DNA of 50,154 bases from Nitrososphaerales archaeon (GTDB lineage: Archaea; Thermoproteota; Nitrososphaeria; Nitrososphaerales; UBA213). Both the position numbers and the translations under genes were made by a program. The notes beneath the pieces are model-generated. The model had not been told where the DNA came from and made no database searches. It saw only the letters and a program-made list of their open reading frames with translations. Positions 28,210 to 37,047 of this stretch are shown here, one piece after another. The DNA lies in assembly GCA_965197925.1 (NCBI GenBank), contig CBDAOC010000002.1, positions 1 through 50,154 on the forward strand, read 5' to 3'. Numbering within the stretch: position 1 is the stretch's first letter; each line of letters starts with the position of its first letter.

Positions 28210-28415
28210 TAATACAAATAGACACAGAAGTAAGTGCTGACAATTTAAACTTCTACATAGTTCATTATGAAAGACTCTTAATGTTAGCAAATAGAAGACT
28301 CAACAGACTTACAGAAGACCAAGTCGAGGCTAGAGTTCGCATAACTTTTGAAAAGGAAGTGTGTACTAGAGTCTTACAAGCATTAAAAGCGCAGGATTCC
28401 ACAGCTTCTATCTAG
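28206..28415 (+). CDS. Hypothetical protein
   Basis: ATGA overlap with upstream gene and GAGGA SD. Confidence 0.6.
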   Translation: MIIQIDTEVSADNLNFYIVHYERLLMLANRRLNRLTEDQVEARVRITFEKEVCTRVLQALKAQDSTASI

Positions 28416-29001
28416 GATAACGCTTTCTTAACTCTCTTAAGTTAGCGATTTTTTCATCAACTAGAGGAACAGGAATATATATGCCTTCTTTTCCGCCACC
28501 TTCTTGCTGTCTTTTTACTTTTACACCCCTCTCAGTAGCCCAATTCATAATAGAAGGTCTACTACCATAGGAAGATGAAAACTTAAGCTCTCTGGCCACT
28601 TTACGGGCTTTTTTAACAGCATCGTTAAGTTCTATCCACTCACAGTCCTTATAGTCTTCATATTTTACTTTAGGGGTTGGTGGTAATGGGTGTGATCTCC
28701 AAGTTGGGATTTTTCTACCATCTCTAAAGAAATAATCTCTATATCCCTTAGCTTCAGGTGTTATGTATTGCTCCCACTTATATGATTTTTTTGTCGGTTC
28801 TGGTGGTACTATAGGTGGCGATATTGGCCGATAGTCAGACTCTATCCTCTCCACATTCTTCTTCATTTGCTCTATATCTTTCTTTATCTGCCTAACAGCA
28901 TTGTTAGCTTGGTACTTCCAAACATGCTGACTTACTACTTCTCCATCTACCTCCACCTCATACTTTGGTAATTTAGGTATTTTATTTATCTTGATTTTCA
29001 T
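28408..29001 (-). CDS. Hypothetical basic protein
   Basis: 197-aa ORF with GGAGGT SD; last gene of the minus-strand block. Confidence 0.7.
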   Translation of the reverse strand: MKIKINKIPKLPKYEVEVDGEVVSQHVWKYQANNAVRQIKKDIEQMKKNVERIESDYRPISPPIVPPEPTKKSYKWEQYITPEAKGYRDYFFRDGRKIPTWRSHPLPPTPKVKYEDYKDCEWIELNDAVKKARKVARELKFSSSYGSRPSIMNWATERGVKVKRQQEGGGKEGIYIPVPLVDEKIANLRELRKRYPR

Positions 29002-29191
29002 TTTCTACCTCCAAATAATTTATAAAAAAATCTTCTACACAATTATAAGCTCCTTCATCTACTGGAATAAGAAGACACTTAACTTCTGCATGTGTGATTA
29101 AATGATCTGTTTGATGCTTTGCCTCACTCCAACAGATGTGTCCTTCATTTAAAAACATAATAAAACTAGCACTTAATAAGAATTTTTTCAT
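28982..29191 (-). CDS. Hypothetical protein
   Basis: ATGA overlap with endolysin stop; fills the gap. Confidence 0.55.
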   Translation of the reverse strand: MKKFLLSASFIMFLNEGHICWSEAKHQTDHLITHAEVKCLLIPVDEGAYNCVEDFFINYLEVENENQDK

Positions 29192-29976
29192 AATCTACAC
29201 AACTTTTTTATTTTCTTAGCTGCTTCTACACTTTGTTTCTTATAAGACTTGATTCTAACATCCATACCTCTTGTATGTAACTTATAAATGTTAAGTGATC
29301 TTATAAACTTAGCACGATCTTCGTTGTATTTTTCCATGTTAAATTTTTTAGATGCTTTTATAGTTTGAGGTCCTATCTTTCCGTCAGGACTAGCTCCTAT
29401 ATTCTTTTGAAGCTCTCTTACGGCCTTACTTACACCACTGTGTACAGCGTAATCAAATACAGGTTGTACGGCTTCGTAATAGAGGTCTCCAATTTTAGGC
29501 TTTTTAAAGTATTTAGAATATATTTGAAGTTTTGCATACTCTTCTATTTGAGCGTCCTTTTCATTCTTTTTTACAAACACTTGAAAAAGACCGTAGAAAT
29601 GTTCATTATAATTTTTTGCAACTCCATAACAAGTCCTACCTCCACTGTCTCCTTTTATTTTAACACAACACTTGTCCCCACTTAAAGGTCCACACTCATT
29701 TTCTACGTAGTAAGACCAATGAACAAGCTTAAACTGATTAAATTTGTTTGATTTTCCACAAATGTTATATGAATTGGCTTTCTTTTGATGCTTCTTAACT
29801 GATAAATAACTAAGAGGCTCAACTCCCGCACTCATAACTCCAGAAGGGTCGTAACCTATAGCAATATAAATTGATGGATATGGAGGGTCGAACTTCCATA
29901 AAGCCCAAACAACAAATACTAACATACTTACAAAGATAGTTCCTACAACTACAGATGCAATCTTATCACCCATCAT
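29188..29976 (-). CDS. Endolysin, glycoside hydrolase family 108, with N-terminal transmembrane helix
   Basis: DSGGRTCYGV, VFDYAVHSGVSKAVRELQ and DGKIGPQT motifs. ECG replaces the usual EGG. Hydrophobic N-terminus. Confidence 0.88.
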   Translation of the reverse strand: MMGDKIASVVVGTIFVSMLVFVVWALWKFDPPYPSIYIAIGYDPSGVMSAGVEPLSYLSVKKHQKKANSYNICGKSNKFNQFKLVHWSYYVENECGPLSGDKCCVKIKGDSGGRTCYGVAKNYNEHFYGLFQVFVKKNEKDAQIEEYAKLQIYSKYFKKPKIGDLYYEAVQPVFDYAVHSGVSKAVRELQKNIGASPDGKIGPQTIKASKKFNMEKYNEDRAKFIRSLNIYKLHTRGMDVRIKSYKKQSVEAAKKIKKLCRL

Positions 29977-30404
29977 TTCTCCAATATAACAATCGAGTCG
30001 CCTGAATACTCACCTAAGTAAAACTCACAGGCACCTTCATTCTTATTACAAAACTCAATCGCTGCTGGTAAAGCAGACATTTTAACAGTCAATACTTTTT
30101 TATTATTTTCAAACCACTCTAAAATACTGTAAGATTTCTCACAGTTTTCTTTACATGGTACTAAATGACATACGACTACAATCTTACCTGAAATATCACA
30201 GATTTCTTGAGGGGGTAAGTGGAGAGGGTACTTGGGAGTAAAAACCTCTCGCACCTTATCTGCCGCCTTTGAGACGACGGCCCCTCCTACTACACCAGCA
30301 CCAACAGCTTGACTAGGGGACATCTGAGAGCCACCAAAAGGACTCATACCCATACCAGCACAACCACCTAAAAACATTAAACTCATAACAATTAATAGTT
30401 TCAT
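29973..30404 (-). CDS. Cys-rich lipoprotein
   Basis: MKLLIVMSLMFLGG-C lipobox, Gly-zipper-like AVGAGVVGGAVV, six further Cys. Confidence 0.75.
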   Translation of the reverse strand: MKLLIVMSLMFLGGCAGMGMSPFGGSQMSPSQAVGAGVVGGAVVSKAADKVREVFTPKYPLHLPPQEICDISGKIVVVCHLVPCKENCEKSYSILEWFENNKKVLTVKMSALPAAIEFCNKNEGACEFYLGEYSGDSIVILEK

Positions 30405-30673
30405 TCATAATCCTTATAAGAAGACTGCTGTTTCCAAATCTTAATTCTTATTTTGTTCAAGTTTTCTATTTTATCATCTAAGATGCCCATAATACACTCA
30501 ACAGTTTGAAACTGTGAAAAGTTAGGTGTTACAAATTGCATGACTTCATCAAAGCTTTCTTTAGTTAAATCTTTAAGAAACATCTCCCTTTTACTCTTGC
30601 CCAACACTCCTACATCCTCACCTACTACTTCTCTCACCTTCTTGTCTACACCATAACATTTATTTGATTTCAT
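30401..30673 (-). CDS. Hypothetical protein
   Basis: ATGA-coupled on both sides. Confidence 0.65.
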   Translation of the reverse strand: MKSNKCYGVDKKVREVVGEDVGVLGKSKREMFLKDLTKESFDEVMQFVTPNFSQFQTVECIMGILDDKIENLNKIRIKIWKQQSSYKDYE

Positions 30674-30903
30674 TCACACTCCTTTATTGTTCCGTCTTCT
30701 AATCCTTTATAACAAATGTCAAAATCGTGTTGAGTTACAGCTTCTTGAACACACTCATCATAACAAACTCTAGCATCAGTTGAAGACCCTACGTGTTTTT
30801 CTTGAAGCCATAACCTTTTTGCACCTAATACAAGTCCTGTTATACCTACGACTCCCGCCATTGTCAACCATAAGATATTCTTTATTAAAAATAATTGCAT
30901 CAT
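30670..30903 (-). CDS. Small single-pass membrane protein
   Basis: ILWLTMAGVVGITGLVLGA followed by a Cys-containing tail. Confidence 0.65.
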   Translation of the reverse strand: MMQLFLIKNILWLTMAGVVGITGLVLGAKRLWLQEKHVGSSTDARVCYDECVQEAVTQHDFDICYKGLEDGTIKECE

Positions 30904-31454
30904 TTTTCAATTTCCTTTATTTTGTCGTATTTCTTACTTTCAGTAAAGCTAGTACCAAACATAATAGTCACATTATGATGCTTTGCAGTAAGAATAGGTG
31001 GTCTGTAAGCTAATCCTACATGTACACTAACTCCACTAATGTCATAATATAAAACCATACCTACAGAAGAGAGCTGATTGTGGTCAATTAAAACAAAAGG
31101 AAGATAAGACATGTCATCTTCATTCAAAAGACCACTTATCCAAACACTTCCTCCAAGACTCTTCTTGTTATTCATGTTACCACTTACAGTAACAAAAAAG
31201 TATTTATTTATTCCGTAAGTTAAGTTAGCCGCAAGAGCACTCTCTTCTTCACCAAGTTTAAAAGAACCTCCAAGAGAGGTGTCATCGTTTAAAAACTTTT
31301 TAGAAATAAGTTGTCCTTCGATGTTCCAAAGACTACCAAATAACCCTTCTTCAGAACTCATAACCATACGAAATTCTTGCGCATCTCTATTAGGGTACCA
31401 AGCATGTGCACCAAATCCAAATAGTAAAATAGTTAATAAAATCAATTTCATCAA
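30900..31454 (-). CDS. Secreted protein, candidate outer-membrane beta-barrel
   Basis: Signal peptide ending AHA; about ten short amphipathic strands, the last being VTIMFGTSF. Confidence 0.6.
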   Translation of the reverse strand: MMKLILLTILLFGFGAHAWYPNRDAQEFRMVMSSEEGLFGSLWNIEGQLISKKFLNDDTSLGGSFKLGEEESALAANLTYGINKYFFVTVSGNMNNKKSLGGSVWISGLLNEDDMSYLPFVLIDHNQLSSVGMVLYYDISGVSVHVGLAYRPPILTAKHHNVTIMFGTSFTESKKYDKIKEIEK

Positions 31455-31455
31455 A

Positions 31456-31893
31456 TCATCCTTTAATTGTACGGTTAAATAAATTTTTAGTTTTCTTGTT
31501 CTTCCAACAATCTTTTAATAGTTGAAACATAAACTCACTTAGACAGTCTGCATAAATTTCCTCCACTACTCCGCCTGTAAATACATGATCCTTACTAGGA
31601 TTGAGAGCAGTCGAAACAGCATGAACAGCCTCATGGAAAAAAGTTTTAATTACTTGAGGCTTTGTTGAATCAAAGTCGACTATCATAATAATTATATCCC
31701 TCCCATTAAAACTTGCTAAAGCACTACATCCAACCAAACTTGACATGTCTGTCTTATCTATTATTTGACCAGAACTGTATACAAGTACAGGCATTATCGA
31801 ACCGATGGTGAATAAATAATTTAAGTCTTCTATCTCTGCTGATTCGAGTATAGACTTTTTAATTTGTTTGAGATCATTGTTGCTAAACTTCAT
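31456..31893 (-). CDS. HExxH zinc metallopeptidase-like protein
   Basis: TFFHEAVHAV followed by EEIYAD as third-ligand helix. Confidence 0.75.
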   Translation of the reverse strand: MKFSNNDLKQIKKSILESAEIEDLNYLFTIGSIMPVLVYSSGQIIDKTDMSSLVGCSALASFNGRDIIIMIVDFDSTKPQVIKTFFHEAVHAVSTALNPSKDHVFTGGVVEEIYADCLSEFMFQLLKDCWKNKKTKNLFNRTIKG

Positions 31894-31895
31894 TC

Positions 31896-32189
31896 TTATT
31901 TCTTTTGTACAGCAGGTGGATTGTTATTTGACATCAAAACTTTGTAAGCTTCAACATACTTACTTGCATTACCTAAAGAATCTACAATACTGTCTTTACC
32001 AACCTCTTGATCCTTTGACACAATAGAAGAATTTAGACTACTTAAAAACAGATTCAAAGCTGCTTTAGATTTAAGAGACTTAAACTCTGAACTTGTCATT
32101 GATCTGACTGCGCTGTCAAATTCCTTTACCATACCATGTAACTTCTCACGAAGTTTATCTGCACTAATGTTCTCACCAATTATCTGCAT
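31896..32189 (-). CDS. Hypothetical protein
   Basis: 97-aa ORF with GGGGAG SD. Confidence 0.7.
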   Translation of the reverse strand: MQIIGENISADKLREKLHGMVKEFDSAVRSMTSSEFKSLKSKAALNLFLSSLNSSIVSKDQEVGKDSIVDSLGNASKYVEAYKVLMSNNNPPAVQKK

Positions 32190-32197
32190 CTCTCCCC

Positions 32198-34096
32198 CTA
32201 TTTGTAGTGTTTAACAATTTCTGTGTCCGAGTTTACCATAAGGTTTGGCAAAAAGTCAACCGATTTCTTCATAATGTCAGCAAGTATAAGAGCGTTTTCC
32301 TTAGATTTTTCCTTGGTAGATTCAATTACAACCTTATCATACTCATTAAAAAGTACCTTAAGACCGGCCTTTAAAGCCTCATTTTGCTTAAGAGATATTA
32401 TATCTCTAGCAGTACCTTGACAAAGCCAAGAGACAGCCATGTGCTCAGGAACTATGAGTGGGGTTTTACCATCGTAATATGAATACTTGTTCTTACTGTT
32501 TGCATCAATATCTCTTACATAAAATTTCCTACCGGAAGGAAGAAGTATATAGTCATCTATTAAAGAAAATCTTTTTCCTCTAAATTCTTCTCCTTTATCT
32601 AAAAAATCTTTTATTTTTTTATGTAACTTTATTACTTCAGGGTACCTTCTGTGATATACATTATAACTTTTTCTTCCTATTTCTAAACTAGCATTCTTTA
32701 TTTCTTTTGACAGCGTTGCTGTAAATCTTCCGGGTCGTGATCCATAGCCAAGTTGAAGTGTCCCAGTCTTTGATATGTGTCTTTCAAGTGAATCTTTTTT
32801 AGGTCTAAATTTAAATAAGTCTTCTGCGAAGTCTAAGTAGATGTCATGTCCTTTATTTAATTTATCAAGTATGTCTTGTCTCTCACAAAACCACATAAGA
32901 AGACGAAACTCAATTTGACTTAAGTCTGAGACTATAAGCACTTTGTCTTTAGACTCTACAACTGAGCGTAAAGAGCCTAATAACACCTTTCCAGTTTCCC
33001 ACTTGTGAGTCTGTAAAGTGTCGGTTTCATTGAAGATTGTCTTAGATGACTTAGGAAAATTTAAGATGTTAAATCCTTTAGATGTGTAGCGTCCTGTGAT
33101 TGCTCCAAAGTGATGAAGTAATCCCCTCATCCTTCCATCAACTTCAATCTCATCTACTCTTGCTAATCTCTTTACTTGAGCGGAGGGAAAGCACCATTTA
33201 AAATTAAACATCTGCTTTACTTCTTTAGTAAGATTTTTCCAGTGTTGATTAACTGCTGGAACTTCTACTGTATCTTTTTGTTCGTATTTGTTTGTTCTCT
33301 TATCCCTCTTGACGACAGTTATTTTTTGTCCTCTATTTCCTAACCATTCGTTTATTTGTTTAGGGGAATTTGGATTAAACCCATAGACTTCTAAAAATTT
33401 CTTTTTTACTTTAACACCAAAATCTTCGTGTGCTTTTAACATTGTATTTGCTTTTTTGACATTGACTGGGAGACCTAAAGAGTTAAGCTTATGGGTATCT
33501 AACCAATACTGATACTCTTCTTTTGTCATGTCTCCACGAAGTGAAACAATTTTTTCATAAAGTTCTTTTGTAGATTGAGTATCTATTAAACAATAATTAA
33601 GAAGGTCTTTAAAAGAATCAGACTTATAGTATGCCTTAAGTGATCCCACATCCTTCATTATTTGATGGTACTCTCTTATAAGAGACGACCCCTTATCCCA
33701 CTTTTTCTTTTCTAAACGCCAAAAATCACAAGCATTTCTAAGACTTGCACAACCTCCACGAAAGGCTGAAAGGTGAGATGTACAATAAAAGCTTTCAATA
33801 GAAAGGTTTGGTATGTATTTACTTAAGACAAGATATTCAAACATTGCATTGTGAGCGTAAATCTTTCCACCACTCCAAACATGATGTTTTATTACATTAC
33901 GAAACAAGAACAAAGACTTAGGAGTACCAGAAAAGAGTTTATATCCTTTATCACTTACAAGTGCTGCACATACTATAAATGTAGAAGGGTGAGACGCATA
34001 AACATACGAACCCACCCTCCTAATATCTAACTTTGAATACGTTTCAAGATCAATAAATATCTTATCAGAAAGGAAGTTCTTCATAGGATTTTTCAT
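32198..34096 (-). CDS. Family A DNA polymerase with 3'-5' exonuclease domain
   Basis: IDLETYS, AHNAMFE, YCLID (Exo I-III); GAITGRYTS, SDLSQIEFR (motif A), RHISKTGTLQLGYG (motif B), EYDKV (variant motif C). Confidence 0.95.
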   Translation of the reverse strand: MKNPMKNFLSDKIFIDLETYSKLDIRRVGSYVYASHPSTFIVCAALVSDKGYKLFSGTPKSLFLFRNVIKHHVWSGGKIYAHNAMFEYLVLSKYIPNLSIESFYCTSHLSAFRGGCASLRNACDFWRLEKKKWDKGSSLIREYHQIMKDVGSLKAYYKSDSFKDLLNYCLIDTQSTKELYEKIVSLRGDMTKEEYQYWLDTHKLNSLGLPVNVKKANTMLKAHEDFGVKVKKKFLEVYGFNPNSPKQINEWLGNRGQKITVVKRDKRTNKYEQKDTVEVPAVNQHWKNLTKEVKQMFNFKWCFPSAQVKRLARVDEIEVDGRMRGLLHHFGAITGRYTSKGFNILNFPKSSKTIFNETDTLQTHKWETGKVLLGSLRSVVESKDKVLIVSDLSQIEFRLLMWFCERQDILDKLNKGHDIYLDFAEDLFKFRPKKDSLERHISKTGTLQLGYGSRPGRFTATLSKEIKNASLEIGRKSYNVYHRRYPEVIKLHKKIKDFLDKGEEFRGKRFSLIDDYILLPSGRKFYVRDIDANSKNKYSYYDGKTPLIVPEHMAVSWLCQGTARDIISLKQNEALKAGLKVLFNEYDKVVIESTKEKSKENALILADIMKKSVDFLPNLMVNSDTEIVKHYK

Positions 34097-34724
34097 CTTT
34101 TGATTCTTCTACACTCAGGCCAGAAGATTCAACGTCGCTATCACTTTTTTCTACAGACTCTACACTTTCTTTCTTGTCCAAATTCTTCACATCATCAGAA
34201 GAAATATCATTGAGAGAAAGCCACTCATCTTCTTCACTTACATCAAACTCACGTTCTTTCGCAAAGTCTCCCTTTTCAACTAAGGCAACAGACATTAGAG
34301 TAAAACCGAGTTTCTTAACTTCGGGGTAATAAATTACTTGTACAAGTACATTTACTTTATCTCCGCCAAACACATTTGGGTCTTTGATGTTGTTTTTGTA
34401 ATCATGAACTATAGGCTTATTCTTAGTGCTTAGATTTATTTGTTGGTCTTTCTCTTCTAAAGAGTCACCAAGATTTTCTTTCGCCCACTCACTTGGCTTT
34501 TTAAACTTCTCATCTTTAAACTCTTCTTTCTTATAAGATTTAAGACCTTCGGTGGCTGCACTAAATGCCTTCCAAAGCTTTTTAAGACTCTCTCCTCTCA
34601 CAATACAAGATAAATTATACTTAGGTGTATCTCCAGGCTTAAACGCACTAGCTTCTTTTATTCCTGAATACACTACAAGCACATCCTTTAATCCTACTTT
34701 TACTTTTACATTATTGCTTTTCAT
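34065..34724 (-). CDS. Single-stranded DNA-binding protein (DUF2815 / T7 gp2.5-like)
   Basis: PKYNLS, STKNKPIV, GDKVNV, LGFTLMSV motifs; acidic tail ending LPF. Confidence 0.85.
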   Translation of the reverse strand: MKSNNVKVKVGLKDVLVVYSGIKEASAFKPGDTPKYNLSCIVRGESLKKLWKAFSAATEGLKSYKKEEFKDEKFKKPSEWAKENLGDSLEEKDQQINLSTKNKPIVHDYKNNIKDPNVFGGDKVNVLVQVIYYPEVKKLGFTLMSVALVEKGDFAKEREFDVSEEDEWLSLNDISSDDVKNLDKKESVESVEKSDSDVESSGLSVEESKDEKSYEELPF

Positions 34725-35101
34725 TTTATCTCCTTTAGTCCTAATTCTTTTATTTTTTCTTCATACTCATCTGTGTTATCTTCCTCTACATCTTGAATAG
34801 TTTTAGATATATGACTTTCCATAACTGACATAATAGTCAAAAGAAGATTTGGATACTTCTCTTCTCTAATGCCCTTGTGTTCAGTATATACATGTAAGTT
34901 ATCTTTATTAAGTATAATCTCAACTACAATATCGTCACTTAGTTTTGGAAGTATATATTTTTTAGTCACTTTCTCCTCCTTGTTTAACCTATCAACTCTC
35001 TTCTCGTTTGTCAAGCTTTTTGTCATATACCATACAAAAAAAACAGAAGCCCACTCATCCTTTTCGATCCACTCCTCTAAGCATCCAGGGAAAAGCTTCA
35101 A
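34721..35101 (-). CDS. Hypothetical protein
   Basis: TTG start overlapping upstream stop; coupled to SSB gene. Confidence 0.6.
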   Translation of the reverse strand: MKLFPGCLEEWIEKDEWASVFFVWYMTKSLTNEKRVDRLNKEEKVTKKYILPKLSDDIVVEIILNKDNLHVYTEHKGIREEKYPNLLLTIMSVMESHISKTIQDVEEDNTDEYEEKIKELGLKEIK

Positions 35102-35847
35102 AGAATTATTTCACCATTCCAACGCCCATTCTTATTCACTATCATAGGCACAAGCTTTGGAAGTCCATTTTCAATAACTCCTGAGCCGTAAATAGGTCTT
35201 AAAGACTGATTCTTATTGTAAGCAAACACGACTGATTCGTCATCTATAAGGCATCCCACATTCATATCCCAATATAAGGCGTCTGCTGTGGAAGTAAATT
35301 GTATAGCAAAGTCAGTATGTAGGTGTCCATGTACTACATTTGAGTAATAACAACTCTTCATACCTCTTTTTCTAGTAGCTCCAGGCTCTGTGTGTATGAA
35401 ACGTATCCTCTTTCCTGGCTTGTTCCAAAAAAGTCTAAGCTCTCTTGCAAATGTCCAAGACTTAGGAGCACCTACGATACTTCCAAACTCAGATATTACA
35501 CTTGATGGAAGTCCTGCTTTTAAAGCTTTTCTATAAAGACGCATTTCATGATTACCTAAAACTATAGTCATTTTAGGAAATATACTGGCTACTTTCTTAA
35601 CCTCATCTTTTACCCACTCTAACTCAACTCTAGGAGATAAATAATCAGGGTCTGTATCATAATTAGACATAGAGCCGAAGTCGACTAAATCTCCTATCTG
35701 AACAACCATTGTAGGTTTAAATTTCTTTTTTAAAGCATTTAAAAATTTGTACGAGTCGGGGTGTTGACATGGAATTTGTAAGTCTGAAATTATTAGAATT
35801 CTTTTACATGCTTTTTCGTCATAGCTTTCTATCGTCGGTCCTCTCAT
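35098..35847 (-). CDS. Calcineurin-like metallophosphoesterase
   Basis: ISDLQ, GDLVD, GNHE, FIH and HGHLH motifs. Confidence 0.92.
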   Translation of the reverse strand: MRGPTIESYDEKACKRILIISDLQIPCQHPDSYKFLNALKKKFKPTMVVQIGDLVDFGSMSNYDTDPDYLSPRVELEWVKDEVKKVASIFPKMTIVLGNHEMRLYRKALKAGLPSSVISEFGSIVGAPKSWTFARELRLFWNKPGKRIRFIHTEPGATRKRGMKSCYYSNVVHGHLHTDFAIQFTSTADALYWDMNVGCLIDDESVVFAYNKNQSLRPIYGSGVIENGLPKLVPMIVNKNGRWNGEIIL

Positions 35848-36647
35848 TTTATCTCCTTTAAAATCTCTATCAACTTGTCAGCCATTGTTTTACTAGCATC
35901 CCTAGCACCAGCACTAGCAACATCCCTAGCATCCCCAGCCCAAGCATCCCAAGCCCAAGCATCCCAAGCCCAAGCATCCCAAGCAGCAGCCCAAGCAGCA
36001 GCCCTAGCAGCAGCATCAGCAGCATCAGCAGCATCAGCCCTAGCATCAGCCCTAGCAGCAGCCCTAGCAGCAGCAGCAGCCCTAGCAGCAGCATCAGCCC
36101 TAGCATCAGCAGCAGCAGCATCAGCAGCATCAGCCCTAGCAGCAGCATCAGCCCTAGCAGCATCAGCAGCTGTATCCCATTCTTTTTCACTGGGATTATT
36201 TCCACTGATTTTTCTTTTATAAAGAGCAGCTACGGTTCTAATGTGTTTTTCATTTTTCCATTTAGATATAGGTGAATCATCTCCAGATAAAAGCCAATAA
36301 AGAAACTTATCAACCACCAAGTAAGTGTCAGTTCCCTTTTTCAAAGCTCTAGTTCTTTTTAGAGGAAATTCTTTTGCATCTTCTAAAGTCAAACCTTCAA
36401 ATAATGCATCACATAAATGTGCAAAACTTTCACTTATTCCAAACAATTCTGGTAACAAGCTGTGGTTAGATTCCTCACCAGGTCTAAAATCATGAATGGT
36501 ACAACCCACATCACAACCTTTAAATTTACCATTTGATCTTGTTGATCTTGAGTAAGAACCCTGTATAAAGGAATCTAACTTTTTGTGCTTTTCAAGAGAA
36601 GCTATAAGTTGGGGTTTTGATACTTCCGAATTTATAAATGCTTTCAT
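35844..36647 (-). CDS. Ala-rich repeat protein, paralogue 1
   Basis: N-terminal domain with KGCDVGCTIH; low-complexity AAARADA/AWAWD tract; near-identical to 43404-44261. Confidence 0.8.
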   Translation of the reverse strand: MKAFINSEVSKPQLIASLEKHKKLDSFIQGSYSRSTRSNGKFKGCDVGCTIHDFRPGEESNHSLLPELFGISESFAHLCDALFEGLTLEDAKEFPLKRTRALKKGTDTYLVVDKFLYWLLSGDDSPISKWKNEKHIRTVAALYKRKISGNNPSEKEWDTAADAARADAAARADAADAAAADARADAAARAAAAARAAARADARADAADAADAAARAAAWAAAWDAWAWDAWAWDAWAGDARDVASAGARDASKTMADKLIEILKEIK

Positions 36648-36657
36648 TCTATCTCCT

Positions 36658-36897
36658 CTAGTTATAGTTATAATATCTCTCTTTGTATATTTTTATTGAT
36701 TCTTTTGCTTCTCTTAATGATCCCATTGTAGTCCTTCGACCATACCTAGCACTTCTTATAGGCTTTCTTTTTGCTGCATTTATTACAAAATAATCAGGTT
36801 TGTTGTCTTTACCATAGTCGTGCATAAAAACAAAAAACCAACCTGTCTTATATTTTAAGATAGTGCTCTTGTAATCTAATGATTTATCGTATGGCAT
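36658..36897 (-). CDS. Hypothetical protein
   Basis: 79-aa ORF with AGGAGG SD. Confidence 0.65.
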   Translation of the reverse strand: MPYDKSLDYKSTILKYKTGWFFVFMHDYGKDNKPDYFVINAAKRKPIRSARYGRRTTMGSLREAKESIKIYKERYYNYN

Positions 36898-36906
36898 TTC
36901 ATCCTC

Positions 36907-37047
36907 CTATTTGTATTCGTATGGCAGTCCTGAAGCCATGTAACAAAACCTACATAGGTACTCTGAACCTTCCACACCTTTTGTCTTTAATACTTTACCA
37001 CAATCCTTACATTTCACAGTTACTAACTTTGGTCCTTCGTCACCCAT
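36907..37047 (-). CDS. 46-aa zinc-ribbon protein (not in the ORF track)
   Basis: MGDEGPKLVTVKCKDCGKVLKTKGVEGSEYLCRFCYMASGLPYEYK; two CxxC pairs, AAGGA SD, fills the gap. Confidence 0.7.
   Translation of the reverse strand: MGDEGPKLVTVKCKDCGKVLKTKGVEGSEYLCRFCYMASGLPYEYK

Noticed and set aside
35875..36222. Plus-strand Ala/Ser-rich ORF
   Set aside because: Antisense shadow of the GCT-rich tract.
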